NCBI RefSeq assembly: GCF_001194135.2
Contig: NC_068984.1
Span: 18,972,053 to 19,036,052 of the forward strand
Source of the DNA: Octopus bimaculoides
Lineage: Eukaryota
DNA: 64,000 nt
Direction of reading: 5' to 3'
The number at the start of each line of letters is the position of its first letter. The stretch's first letter is position 1. Of this stretch, positions 1 through 12,245 are shown piece after piece. A model generated the notes under the pieces. That model had not been told where the DNA came from and ran no database searches. It saw only the letters and a program-made list of their open reading frames with translations. Made by a program: the position numbers and the translations under genes.

Positions 1-2
1 AT

Positions 3-37
<35 letters not shown>

Positions 38-524
38 TATCATCCATTTTAATGTCAGCTTTACCCCGCTTGCTTGGGTTAGACAAGAATATGCAGGGGT
101 AGAGTTTTCTACAGACAGATGACCTTTCTGTCATCAACACTCCCACTTGTTTGCAAAGAGATAATAATCTTCCAGTCTATCAAACAATAAAAGGTCCAGA
201 TATGTTTATGTTGAGAATTGGAAACAAATGACACAAGATGAATGAATCTTTTGTTTACACTGTGAAACATGCCAAGACATGCCAGAAAGGCCTAGACATG
301 CTTTTGTGGTGGACTGAAAAACAAATGGCAGTGCTTGTGAAGTCATTGTTTGCAACCAGCCCCAAAAAACAAACAAACATGTAGGCAAGGAAATATGAAC
401 TCAATCACACAAACACACACACAAAATTTCATATTTCATATTTAAAAAAACAAGTATGTGTATATATGTATATATATGTACATATGTGAATGTATATGCA
501 TAAATGTAAATGTATGTTTGTGCA

Positions 525-563
<39 letters not shown>

Positions 564-639
564 CCATATACACACACACACACACACACAAATGTCTATG
601 GAATACTCAGCCACTTCAAGTTATTCTGCCTACATTTTG

Positions 640-1830
640 TTAGTCTGTAGAGGAACTTCACTGAGATACCATGTTCTGAGATATAATGGTCTCTAAGAGA
701 GCTAAAGCTAGATGAGCAGCTTGTGAGAGCAATGCAAGCTGTGTACAGGTGCTGTTTGCAGTGTGAGAGTTGACAATGGATTTAGTGAAGAATTTGATGT
801 ACAGCTTGGTGCACATCTGAGCTTAGTTCTAAACTCTCTTCTGTCTATTATGATTCTCAAGACTGTAACAAAGGAATCTGGGAGTTGTCTGTGGAAGTTT
901 CTGCAGTTTGATGATCTAGTTCTCATGTGGAACTGATCAATTATTTGGAGAGAAAGTTCTGAATTGGGAAACAAAGCCTTGAATCAAGAGGCCAAACAAG
1001 GATAAAGATTTTAGTTAGAAGGAAGTGGGATTGGAGCATGATATATAGAGAAGTGGGGTATTTTACTTCCATATGGCATGTCCATTATAAACCACATATA
1101 TATATGTGTTGTATGAAAACAGGTAGGCTGAGAGGGAGAGTGACCTTCATATGTGACAGATGCACCAGGTGTTGGTTGTGAGAGTGCAAATGATAAAGTA
1201 TTTTGCGGTCTTCTTAGAAGTGGTTGAAGGCTTCTATATTTTTATAACCTGATTGGTAATGGAGGAAGCTGTTCTGAAGGAATAATTGCTGAAGTAGGAA
1301 TAGAGTGGGAAAGTTCAGGGAGTTACTGTCTCTATTAGTAAGAATATTCCCAGGCAGAAGGACAGATTGAGTGATGCTTGCAGACAGAGCATGGTGCTTT
1401 ATAGTTATGAGACATGGACTTTGAAACCGGAAGATTTGTGAAGGTTTAGAGAGGTGAGGCAAGCATGCTCTGACAGATGTATAATGTTGGTGTACATGAA
1501 TAACATAGTGCAGATGAGCTGAACAAGAGGAGCTAGATATGGAAGGAACTGGATGTGGTATGCAAGAGAGAGGACTGTGCTGATAAAAGTATATGATGTA
1601 TATACATATAGAGGTTTCTTGAATTCCAGATGGATGGAACCTGTAGAAGAAGTAGGTTGAGGAAGACACAAGATAAAGAACTGGAGATTGATTTCAAAAA
1701 GTTGAACCTCATGAAAGGGACAACAAAGACCATTGCTTACACTGCGCAAGATGCTGTGTTGGAGAGGATCTGGCCAACCCAACCCATGTAAGCAGAGAAA
1801 ACAGGATGTAAGAATGATAGTGGTGGAAGT
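640..1830 (+). mobile_element. Decayed RTE-clade LINE (RT to 3' end)
   Basis: Frameshifted translation gives DNGFSEEFDVQ, WKFLQFDDLVL (degenerate YADD box) and SMVLYSYETW; ends in ccaacccaacccatgtaagcagagaaaacaggatgtaagaatgat, resembling the tail shared by SINE-like elements here. Confidence 0.8.
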
Positions 1831-1899
1831 GAATATAAAACATCTGAGTCTCTTCCAGCACATTGTGCTTCCATTAAGTTTCCATATATCACTGTTTCC

Positions 1900-2715
1900 T
1901 CTCTTTACACTCATTTACCACTGTTAAGATCCCTTCTATTAGTTAGTGGGAGACCTAAATTTTCTATAGGTTCACCTCCCATCGAAATAGTTTGATCTTT
2001 TATTTCAATTAAAACCGCATTGTATATAGCATCAGTGAAACCAATATCTTGCTCAGGATTATTCAACTGAACTTGATGCTTGAAATCTTCAGCAAGATCA
2101 TTTCTGAACTTATTCCACAGTTCAACAGGGTTTCTTACTTCACAATTTTAAAGAATAACAGCAAAAAAAAACCTCTTAAACTCTTTGGTGTTTTTGATAT
2201 TGAAGCTTCTTTCAGTGTTGCTTCCCATTGCCGATCATTTGCAAGTAAACCTAACTTCAAACACGCTTCTCGATATGTTCTGCAAATCTCACCATCAGCT
2301 TCTTTCAAACTTTCCCGTGAAGTTGGTCCTCTTTTTACATGAAGAAGCATTATGAGATGAAAGCATTCATTTTTGTTAGGATGTACAGTATATACTCTAC
2401 TAATTGTTATACCAAACCTAATTCCAGAATGACCTTGAACCATTGTACCTATTTTGCATCTATTCCATTTATTATTACTCTATGTGTAATAAGAAGGAAC
2501 CTCATATTATAGCAGCGATTTTGAAAAATTGTCCCCCACAACAAAGATTGAAAAAGGCTGTTAAAGTGGTATCCTTTGGATCTGAAACTTGATTTGTAGA
2601 AGTCTCAGCAGTGAAGTAAACCCTTTGACCATTTTCTAAATCCACAAAAAGTTGTTGAATTGCTGGGTGCCTTTCGTGGATTGGGGATCCAAATATGCAC
2701 CAGAAGGCCTGCTTA
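1900..2715 (-). mobile_element. Helitron Rep/helicase pseudogene fragment
   Basis: Minus strand: IFGSPIHERHPAIQQLFVDLENGQRVYFT...DTTLTAFFNLC, RVYTVHPNKNECFHL...RGPTS...TYREACLKLGLLANDRQW, LWNKFRNDLAEDF. These are typical RepHel inter-domain motifs, with stops and frameshifts. Confidence 0.9.
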
Positions 2716-2932
2716 TATATATCTCCTTAATTGGTGTTGTTTAACTTGATGGGCCATATTCCCAAGGAGAATTGAAATATTCAGTTTGGATCTAAACCAG
2801 GGTGAGACTACACCTACAGATTTGCTGTCTTTAATTTCATTTCAACAGACTGTTTCGAATCTGAACCAGGGCCAAAACTACTCCTACAGATTTGCAATTT
2901 TTACTTTCATTCTGACAAACAAACAGAAATTC

Positions 2933-2971
<39 letters not shown>

Positions 2972-3829
2972 CATTTATATGGTTGTAACACAAACAGACA
3001 AACAAGAAAATACAACTATAAACATGAATGTGTGTGTGTGTATGTGTACGCATGCATACACATACACACACACACACAAATGGAAAAAAACATCTATTCT
3101 CTCACTTCACTTCTCTATCTGGTCAGTTTTTATATATGTTTATATATACATATACGCATATATAAATTATACATATATATAAATTTAATTTGCAGAAGTT
3201 ACTACTGCTGATTAAAAAAAAGATATGTATACATTTATATAATTTTTGAAGTTGTAATTTCAACATTTTTGTTGATTTTTTTTCAAGCTACATTGATAAA
3301 CTAAAAAAGTAATGTAGTGAAGTTTCAATGCAATTAACATGTTCAAATATTTATATTGATTAGCTTAATTTCATTTTCCCTCACTCCCAATACAAAGCAA
3401 ACAAGAAAAAGCTTGATTTTAATCAATATCTTTTGAAGACATGGTTCACAGAGAGAGGTATGGGTAGTCATTTGCATTAACAAATAATATTAATGGAACT
3501 TCTTAAAAAATACACAATAGACACAGGTAAGGTTGTGTGGCACCTTGAGCAAGTGTTTCTATGACCAAAACCTTGTAAATGGATTTGGTAGATAAAAACT
3601 GAAAGAAGCCTGTCATGTGTGTGTATGTTTGTCTCAACCCACTACTTCACAACTTAGTAGTTCAGCAAAAGAAACTGATAGAATAAGTATCAGGTTTAAC
3701 AAAAAAATAAGTACTGGGATTGATTCGTTCAACTGAAAATTCTTCAGGACAATGCCCCAGCATGGCCGCAGTCAAATGTCTGAAACAAGTAAAAGCTAAA
3801 AGATAATCAAATTGAGTGAATGACTGACC

Positions 3830-4050
3830 ACCCTCATGGCTGAGTGTCAGAGACACAATTACCATTCCTTGTTACATCCTATGGTCTTGTGCTGCAGCTA
3901 TGCACTCCACCAGGATCCTCTCCATCCAGTCCTTGATGTCATTATTCTATTTTTGTCTTTGTCACACACAAGCCTGTTTTCCATTCACCCAAGTGCTTAA
4001 GACATGCATGCAGAAGTTCTGAGCCCTGATAACTTGTTCAAAATATTGCA
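3830..4050 (-). mobile_element. RTE LINE C-terminal fragment
   Basis: Reverse strand reads NNDIKDWM, similar to the DDIKDWTG fragment near 60830. Confidence 0.55.
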
Positions 4051-4811
4051 GTTTTCACTGTCTGATCATTGAAATCAATCTTTGTTCCATTCTCATCTTC
4101 CCCTAGACTTGAATTGTTCATTCTTCAGCCTGCTCAAATGATATGCCATATTCACTCAGGATTATAAGCGATGCTGGTAATATGATAGGGTTGTCAGTGA
4201 ATAAACCAATTCTTCCCCACTGTACTTGACTAGTAAGGACGGTTACTAGAAACTCTGTAGGACAAACAAAAATACCTGTCAAAAAAACCCAGTGAACCCA
4301 ACATGGAATCAATGACTATCTAGCAATAGCTCAGAAACTTAAAAATTCCAAGATAGAGTCCAGTGGGTCTAGCATGCTGCAAAATCACTGGGAGTAAAGT
4401 ACTTTTTTAGATTTTGTTAAAACATGTCTCTACACTGGCAGTGTAACTGGATTGCTAATCTGGCCTCGGTAGCCTGGGAATGGAGGCAGACTAGAAGAAA
4501 GCTAACTGAGTATAAACACTCAGTGTCTGTGAGCACAAGCAGAGATGCAAAGGGAAAGGGAGTTGACCCTGACAATCAGATTGAAAGAGAACTTGAGACT
4601 CAAACCTAATCATCCTGAAGCGAACATAGACACAACAAATTCTTACTGTTTAATGTCTGTTTTCCTTGCTTGCAGGGATTGGATGGTTTAACAGGAGCCC
4701 GTAAGAGAGAGGACTATGCCAAACTCCAATGTCTACTTTGGCATGGTTTCTACAGCTGGAGGCCTCTCCTAAAGCTAACCACTTCACAAATGGATGATAA
4801 AATTCACCTAC

Positions 4812-4994
4812 CTAAGTTTAGATAATACCGGGCTGTGTCTGGCTTCAATTTGATTGCAGTGAGAAAGTTACGCTCACTTTCTTTATATCGACCCAGTTTT
4901 CCAAGTATACTTGCTAGATGAAGATACAAAATGGATTCTCCTGGAAGGTGGCGCAGAGCCATATTGCACATAGTTTCAGCAGCAGTTAGGTTTC
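4812..4994 (-). CDS. TMTC4: TMTC4 exon (TPR; last visible, terminal exon not found in window)
   Basis: tttcag/gtaggt; 183 nt, phase 1 to 1; NLTAAETMCNMALRHLPGESILYLHLASILGKLGRYKESERNFLTAIKLKPDTARYYLNL(G); ends at a donor, with no stop codon. Confidence 0.94.
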
Positions 4995-5660
4995 CTGAAA
5001 TATAAACAAGAACAACAGAAAATTATTATGATTTTTTCAATTTAAATCCCTCCCAGTATGGCTATAGCAGTAAGCATCAACTTTATCAATGAGTGTTTAT
5101 CTATATTTTTGTGAAGAATTTTTCCATCAAGAACTAATAAATTTTCAGGTTGTACTGTTCAAACTGGTGCTCCATCAGTTACACTGAGGGTTCCAGTTGA
5201 TCTGATCAATGGAACAGCCTGCTCATGAAATCAATGTGCAAGTGGCTGAGCACTCCACAGACATGCATACCTTTAACATAGTTCTCAAGGAAATTCAGTG
5301 TGACAAAGGCTGGCCTTTTGAGTTACGGGAACAACTTATTTTGGCCAGCTGAGTAGATTGGAGCAGTGTGTAATAAAATGTCTCAAGGATTTTAACTAGA
5401 AAATGTTAAATAGATTCAAACCAGTGAAAGACACATCAGAGCAGTGAATAACAATGGAATCTGAAGAGAAGAAAAAAGTTAATCCAAACACTTCCATAAT
5501 TACTCAATAGTGACCCCCACCCACTTGATATTGCGCTACATGTGAATCAAGTACTCACTAATAGCCTTCAAATTAATCATTGAGCTGCCTACAAAGGGCA
5601 AAAATCACAAAAACCCCTAAAAGATGTTGTAAAATAAAATATTTAATGAAGTTTACTTAC

Positions 5661-5775
5661 CCATATTATCAAGAAGAATTACCATGTTACTCCAAGAACT
5701 TAGATGTGTAGATTTTAACAAGGTTGCATTTTGCCAAGCAAGTAGGGCCAATTGGTATTGTTTTGTCTCCAAGAA
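5661..5775 (-). CDS. TMTC4: TMTC4 exon (TPR)
   Basis: tcctag/gtaagt; 115 nt; FLETKQYQLALLAWQNATLLKSTHLSSWSNMVILLDNM(G). Confidence 0.95.
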
Positions 5776-7469
5776 CTAGGAAATACAATATTTAAAAGAA
5801 AAATGTAATATAAACTTTTATACTCAAAATGGAAGAATATTTATATTTCAAAGATGATAATCATCATCAATCATCTCATTAAATTGAAAGTACAGTAGAG
5901 TTACAATTAATACCACAGTATTTAAAAATGGCTAGGTGTGGTGATCCTTAAATTAGAAAAATATCCAACGTTTCATCATTGGGCACCTTTAGTAAAATTC
6001 AACCTCTTTCAAACATTTACACCAAACCCTTGGCTCTGTTGTCATCCACATTTTTTTCTGCAGGTGTTCAGGCTGAACTTCAGCCTCATCAGTCTTGAAG
6101 CCCAAGAGAGAGCACGGACACTGCACCTCTTCCTTTGGTTAACACACACACACACATGCACATATGGATGCATATACATTATATAAAACGAATACTGCAT
6201 CACTTCCTCTTCAATGCTTTAACAACTCAGTATCATCCTTGTCATTGTTTTAACATAGATGTTTCTGTGCTAGCATGAGTCAGAGTTCATTGAGGCAGAT
6301 TTTACAATGGCTGGATGCCCTTCCTGTCACCAACCCTTGCCTGTTTCCAAATAAAGTAATATTTCCTCATGATCAGACATGGTTTCGTGGAAGAATGGAA
6401 ATGAAAGACAGTGCTTCTATAATGAGGCTGAACATTGTGTAATGTTAAGACAAGGAGATACACAAACGCATGTATATATGTGGGTTTATTTCGGCATCTG
6501 TCTACCAAATCTGCTCACAAAGCTCACTGTGTGGGATTGAACCTGAAACAATGTAGTTGGGAAACAAATATCTAAAACATAGTCATGCCTGTACCTATAT
6601 ATTCTTTTCAATTTTTATACTAAGACAAAGTTAATCTTTAATATACTTAACTTTCGTTCGTCTGGTATGAACCACTTTCAAATGGATAGCAGGGAAAAGT
6701 ATTGATTAAAGAAGTTAATGCTAATGCACAGAGTTTAAAAAACAAAACAAAACAATAAAATGAGCAAGGGGTTAATAAAAAAAAACAATCACCATTAATT
6801 TCATTTTTCCAGCAAGTATGGGAGACAACTCTTGATTTTTTTTTTTTTTAACTTTGGGTCTTGTTCTAACGTCTGCAGAACACAGCCAACATGTATTTGC
6901 CAAAATAGTAATGAAAACAAAAACAAAAACAGGCAAATGTGCAAGATTATGCATTTGGGGAAGAAAAAATCAGTTATGTTAATATTAGTTTCAAATTTTG
7001 GTACAAGGCCAGCAATTTCAAGGAAGGGGTAAGTCAATTACATTGACTCCAGGGCTCAAATGGTACTTATTTTATCGACCCTGGAAGGATGAAAAGCAAA
7101 GTCAACCCTGGTGGAATTTGAACTTAGAACATAAAAATGAAAGTAGCCTGGCATGCTAACTATTCTGCCAGTTCACCACCTTAAGTTAAGTTCATATTAA
7201 TATGTTTCTTAACATTCTATGCATTAAATGTGACTCACATTAAATATTTTATGAAATAAAAATATTAATTTAATGATTAATATTCATTTTCAGAATTTAT
7301 TAAAATTTTTTTGCCAGCAATTATGGAAGACAATTTGAAGTTCTAAGATAAAATGTTCTCAAAAGAGAATCCAGTGATAAACTATCTCTTATTGCTTAGC
7401 ACCAGAATAACAGGAATAAGGTTTTGTTCACCATCACAACTCATAGAATTAAAAAGAAGGAATACAGAC

Positions 7470-8140
7470 ATGGAGGTGTGTTAAGAAGCTTGCACCCCAA
7501 CCATCTGACTTTGGGTTCAGGTGGTTGGGATGCAAATGTAGCACCTTTGGCAAGTGTCTTCTAATACAGACCCAGGCTGACCAGTGCCTTGTGAGTGAAT
7601 TTGGTAGACAGAAACTGAAAGGCGGCGAGCTGGCAGAAACGTTAGCACGCCGGGCGAAATGCTTAGCGGTATTTCGTCTGCCGTTACGTTCTGAGTTCAA
7701 ATTCCGCCGAGGTTGACTTTGTCTTTCATCCTTTCGGGGTCGATAAATTAAGTACCAGTTACGCACTGGGGTCGATGTAATCAACTTAATCCCTTCGTCT
7801 GTCCTTGTTTGTCCCCTCTATGTTTAGCCCCTTGTGGGCAATAAAGAAATAAGAAACTGAAAGAGGCCCATACTATATATGTATGAGTGTGTGTATGTGT
7901 GTGAGAATGTTACTACCTCCTTGCCTCGACACTGCATGGTAGTCGTAAACAAGGGTCACCACCATCAAGCAAGTGATTCCATTTTTAATCTTGCATGAAA
8001 ACTGGTTTGGCTATGAGAAAATATTATCTTACTTGAAAACAGGTGAGGATTGGGTGACAAGAAGGGCATCCATTTGTAGGAAATCTACCTCAACAAATTC
8101 TGACTGAGCCATGTAAGCATGGATAAGTCATCATCATCAT
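7470..8140 (+). mobile_element. SINE family A (tRNA-like head, microsatellite, tail type 2) with nested family B SINE
   Basis: Head ...aagaagcttgc...gggttcag...ttggtagacagaaactgaaag is interrupted at 7621 and resumes at 7852. Confidence 0.8.
7621..7851 (+). mobile_element. SINE family B, well preserved, 12-bp TSD
   Basis: A-box-like gagctggcagaa and B-box-like gttcaaattcc; TSD AGAAACTGAAAG at 7610-7621 and 7852-7863. Related copies at ~7030-7185(-), 9100-9320(+), 11995-12150(-), 12440-12595(-), 14330-14510(+), 36640-36820(+), 40405-40620(+), 54505-54945(+, two), 58857-59290(+, two). Confidence 0.9.
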
Positions 8141-8443
8141 CATTGTTTAACATCTACCTTCCATGCTGGCATGGGTTGGACGGTTTGACAGGAGCTGGCC
8201 AGGCAGGAACCTGCACTAGACTTCTGTCTGTTTTAACAGGGTTTTTACAGCTAGATGCTCTTCCAAATGCCAACAACTTTACAGTGTGAACTGGATGCTT
8301 TTTAAGTGGCACCAGCACTGCCAGGGTAATCAAGTAACTTGCAAGACAAAAATCCTTTTAGAAGGGAGGGGGTATTGGAGGAAGTGATCTTGTGTCAGAT
8401 GATGAAAGGTTATATTGAGACAGAAACAGATGTCTTGATGTAG

Positions 8444-8483
<40 letters not shown>

Positions 8484-8710
8484 TATCAGGAATGAGGACA
8501 GAAACAGGTGTGCTGCTGTAAAGGAGATACGTGGTTATCCAGCCTGAGGGAAGAGCAGGAGAAGGGGAGAGAGAGTGGAAGACAACAAGAGTACAAGAGA
8601 GAGCAGGAGAGAGATGGTGGATGTTAAAAAACAATGATGGTGATGATGATGATAACTTCACAAGTCGAAATGATGAAGGTAAAAAGTCTCTGTGAACTGA
8701 ATACACTTAC

Positions 8711-8852
8711 ACAGTTTCCCATATTATAATAACAGTCTGGATAGTTCCGCCGGTGCTGAATAGCTGTGCGATAACTGTATAAAGCTTCTTCATATTTTTT
8801 CTGAGATGCCTTGACTATGCCAAGGTTCATCCAGGCTGTGGAAAACGAAGGT
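8711..8852 (-). CDS. TMTC4: TMTC4 exon (TPR)
   Basis: atcag/gtaagt; 142 nt; (R)PSFSTAWMNLGIVKASQKKYEEALYSYRTAIQHRRNYPDCYYNMGNC. AWMNLGIV and YRTAI.HRR.YPDCYYN.G are what identify TMTC4 rather than TMTC1-3. Confidence 0.97.
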
Positions 8853-9429
8853 CTGATATTGCATAAAAAAAAGAGAAAAGAAATCATTAATATTAAACAA
8901 CAATAAAGTTAGGTATGAAAATTGTAAACCTATTTTTGAAAACAGAAATGTAAAAAAGACATAATTCAATAGAAAATACTTAGAATACAAACATTATTGG
9001 AATGGAGTCAACTGTCAATAAATTAATCAACAGGATGTGCTTAAATAGTTGTGTGGCTGGTTCAGTTATAGTTTACATCTTCATCATCATCACTTGTAAG
9101 ACGGTAAGCTGGCAGAATTGTTAGGACGCTGGATGAAATGCTTAGTGGAATTTCGCCCGTCGCTATGTTCTGAGTTCAAATTCTGCTGAAGTCGACTTTG
9201 CCTTTCATCATTTCGGGGTCGATAAATTAAGTACCAGTGGAAAACTGGGGTTGATGTAATTGACTTAAGTCCTTCCCCCAAAAATTTCAGGCCTTGTGCT
9301 TATAGTACAAGGATTATTATCCTATGTATGAAGGCAACAAATTGGCAAAATTGTTAACATGCTGGACAAAATGGTTAGCAGGATTTCTTTCAGTTTTTTT
9401 TTTTTTTATGTTTTGATTTCAAATACTGT

Positions 9430-9700
9430 CAAGGTGGTAGTGGTAAAGGTTGGAGGTAACAAGGATCTCAGAAAATAGAGACAAGTGAGTTGGTGGTGCT
9501 TGAATTGGGGAGATAGTAAGACCAGCCAGCTTTGAGGAACAGAGACCCTTATAGTAGTAATGAAAGAGACAGAGAGAAGAAAGTACACCAGTGGACCAGA
9601 GGCTGGGGTGTATCTGTTCATGATTTAATAGCAATCAGTTAAATCTTCCTCAAATCAGAATTGGTGAAGTAGTTGGTGCTGAGAGGCCAGGAGAGATAAG
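9430..9700 (-). mobile_element. LINE (Jockey/I-like) post-RT fragment
   Basis: VLSSLCLFHYYYKGLCSSKLAGL; related fragment on + at ~33470-33720 (FDQIQNQIIRMMG...NVSSLCLFCKCLHG). Confidence 0.55.
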
Positions 9701-9877
9701 TAAATAACTTGTTCAAGGGAACAGATGCCACTGATGTAGAAGAGAGAAGAAACAGTGAAGGAACGTGATTGAAACTTTGCTCGTCAGTACAGACAGAAAA
9801 TATGTTTAGTTCATCAGTAGCAAATTACTTTAATTACTGCATTTGATACTGAAATACTTGAAAGATCTTAAATTTAC

Positions 9878-9985
9878 CTGATTTGAATTGCTTTCGTTAA
9901 TAATTTTTCAGCAGCTTCTTCCTGTCCCTGATCTTTTAAGATATTAGCAAGGTTATTCATAGCTTGGTCATATTCTGGGTATAAT
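9878..9985 (-). CDS. TMTC4: TMTC4 exon (TPR)
   Basis: ttctag/gtaaat; 108 nt, phase 2 to 2; LYPEYDQAMNNLANILKDQGQEEAAEKLLTKAIQI. Confidence 0.95.
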
Positions 9986-10069
9986 CTAGAACAAAATAAA
10001 TAAATAAGTAAATATTTTGAATTCCATATGTCTAATACTTGTGTACATGCTTACAAAATCAAATAACAA

Positions 10070-10335
10070 CACAGCACCTATGAGTTTTGGGAACATTTCT
10101 TTCATGCTCAGAATTGCTGAAGCATGGAATAAACTACCAGCAACAGGACAGACACTGCATCCTTCAAAACTCCATGATTCCTAAAATTCATCAACAGTAG
10201 ACCTGTAGGTCAATTTCCCCCTTTTTTAATGACTTATTCACTTCCTGTACATTATTCTATGTAATGTTCATGCACTTTTGGCTACTTTTTCTGATGAGAT
10301 GTAGAACACCTGAGCACTTTATACAATAATTTCAT
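10070..10335 (+). mobile_element. CR1/L2-like LINE 3' fragment
   Basis: FMLRIAEAWNKLPA peptide followed by cacctgagcactttatacaataatttcattatt; similar end near 16820. Confidence 0.55.
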
Positions 10336-10365
10336 TATTTCATATATATTTTTTAAATGAATATC

Positions 10366-10775
10366 TAGTGGCTGTGTGGTAAGCAGCTTGCTTACCAACC
10401 ACATGGTTCCAGGTTCATTCCCACTGCATGGCACTTTGGGCAAGTGTCTTCTACTATAGCCTCAGGCCGACCAAAGCATATTGAGTGGATTTGGTAGACG
10501 GAAACTGAAAGAAGCCTGTCGTATATATGTATATATATATATGTATGTATGTGTGTGTATGTGTTTGTGTGTCTGTGTTTGTTCCCCCCAACATCGCTTG
10601 ACAACCGATGCTGGAGTGTTTACGTCCCCGTAACTTAGTGGTTCAGCAAAAGAGACTGATAGAATAAGTTCTAGGCTTCCAAAGAATAAGTCTTGGGGTC
10701 GATTTGCTTGACTAAAGGTGGTGCTCCAGCATGGCCGCAGTCAAATGACAGAAACAAGTAAAAGAGTAAAAGACT
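10366..10775 (+). mobile_element. SINE family A, tail type 1
   Basis: ggctgtgtggtaagcagcttgct...ggttcattcccactgc...gaaactgaaagaagcc-(TA)n(TG)n-...ggccgcagtcaaatgacagaaacaagtaaaagag. Close copies at 10895-11260, 19486-19890, 37551-37965, 55818-56200, plus many head-only copies on both strands. Confidence 0.9.
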
Positions 10776-11769
10776 AAAACAGCAGTTGAATCTCTCACAA
10801 ATAACATCCTACTGTTTTTTTTTTAAAGACAAGGATATATTAGAGATGATGAGACCCTAGATAGCCATTAAACATATATTTATAAATATACACAGGCACA
10901 GGCATGGCTGTGTGGTAAGAAACCTGCTTCACAGACAGATGGTTCCGGGTTCAGTCCTACTGTATGGCACCTTTGCAAGTGTCTTCTACTATAGCCTTTG
11001 GTCGACCAAAGCCTTGTGAGTGGATTTGGTAGATGGAAACTGAAAGAAGCCTGTCGTATGTGTATGTCAGTGTTTGTCCCCTTACCATCGCTTGACAACC
11101 AGTGTTGGTGTGTTTACGTCCTCGTAACTTATTGGTTCGGGAAAAGAGTCCAATAGAATAAGTACCAGGATTACAAAGAATAAGTCCTGGGGCTCATTTG
11201 TTCGACTAAAGGCAGTGCTCCAGCATGGCCACAGTCAAATGAATGAAACAAGTAAAAGAATATACATGTGTGGCTCTGTGGTTGAGAAGCTTGCTTTCTA
11301 ACCACATGGTTTTGGGTTCAATCCTGCAGCATGGCACCTTGGGTCTTCTACTACAGCCCCAGGTCAGTCAAAGTCTTGTGAGTGGATTCGGTAGATGGAA
11401 ACTGAAAGAAGCCCATTGTGTGTGTGTGTGTGTGTGTTTGTATGTAACCTTGTCTTGACAATGTGTGATTACCATTATACACATGATATTGTTTGTTTTT
11501 GGTCTTTTGTGAAAAACATGTCTGGTAATCGGAAATATCCCCTTGGTTGGAAACAGGTAAATGCTGGTGATAGGAAAGGTATCCAACTGTAGAAAGTCAA
11601 CCACAACAAAATTCCATCTGACTCAGAACGTAACAGCAGACGAAATACCGCTAAGCATTTCGCCCGGCACACTAACGTTTCTGCCAGCTCACAGCTTTAA
11701 CCCTTTAGCATTTAAACTGGCCATATCCAACCAAAATATTCTCCCTGTTTTATGTTTAAATTGGCCAGA

Positions 11770-11930
11770 TCCCAAAATCTAATCAGTTCATGCCAATCAT
11801 GAGGCCAAATATCTCTGGAAGTTTCATCCAAATCCATCCAATGGTTCTTGAGATATCTTGTCCCTGGAGGAACAAACAAACAAACATGACTGAAAAAAAT
11901 ACCTCTGCCTTTGCTAAGGCGGAGATGATA
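11770..11930 (+). mobile_element. DINE-1/HINE-like non-autonomous Helentron fragment
   Basis: aagtttcatccaaatccatcc...(ACAA)n...3' hairpin ctctgcctt-tgct-aaggcggag (11903-11924). Confidence 0.5.
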
Positions 11931-12207
11931 ATAATCCTTTCTACTACAGCCACAAGGCTTGAAATTTGGAGGAAGAGTATTAGATGATTACATCGACCCC
12001 AGTACTCAACTGGTACTTATTTCATTGACCCCGAAAGGAAGAAAAGCAAAGTCAACCTTGGCGAAATTTGAACTCAGAACGTGAAGACAGCAAATGCTGC
12101 TAAGCATTTTGCCAGGCAGTGCTAATGATTCTGCCAGCTTGCTGCCTTCGATAATAATAGTGGTAGTAGTAGTAGTAGCAGCAGCAGCAGCAGAAGCAGC
12201 AGTAGTA

Positions 12208-12241
<34 letters not shown>

Positions 12242-12245
<4 letters not shown>

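Noticed and set aside
4424-4609. 61-aa plus-strand ORF in non-SINE sequence
   Set aside because: No recognisable motif or splice context; probably decayed repeat sequence.
6063-6137. Strong plus-strand acceptor (ttttttctgcag) with open frame VFRLNFSLISLEAQERARTLHLFL
   Set aside because: No good donor and no recognisable homology; it runs into (CA)n.
10291-10320. ctgatgag...gaacacctg, hammerhead-like on +
   Set aside because: No stem II and no GAAA; it lies in the 3' UTR of the CR1-like fragment.
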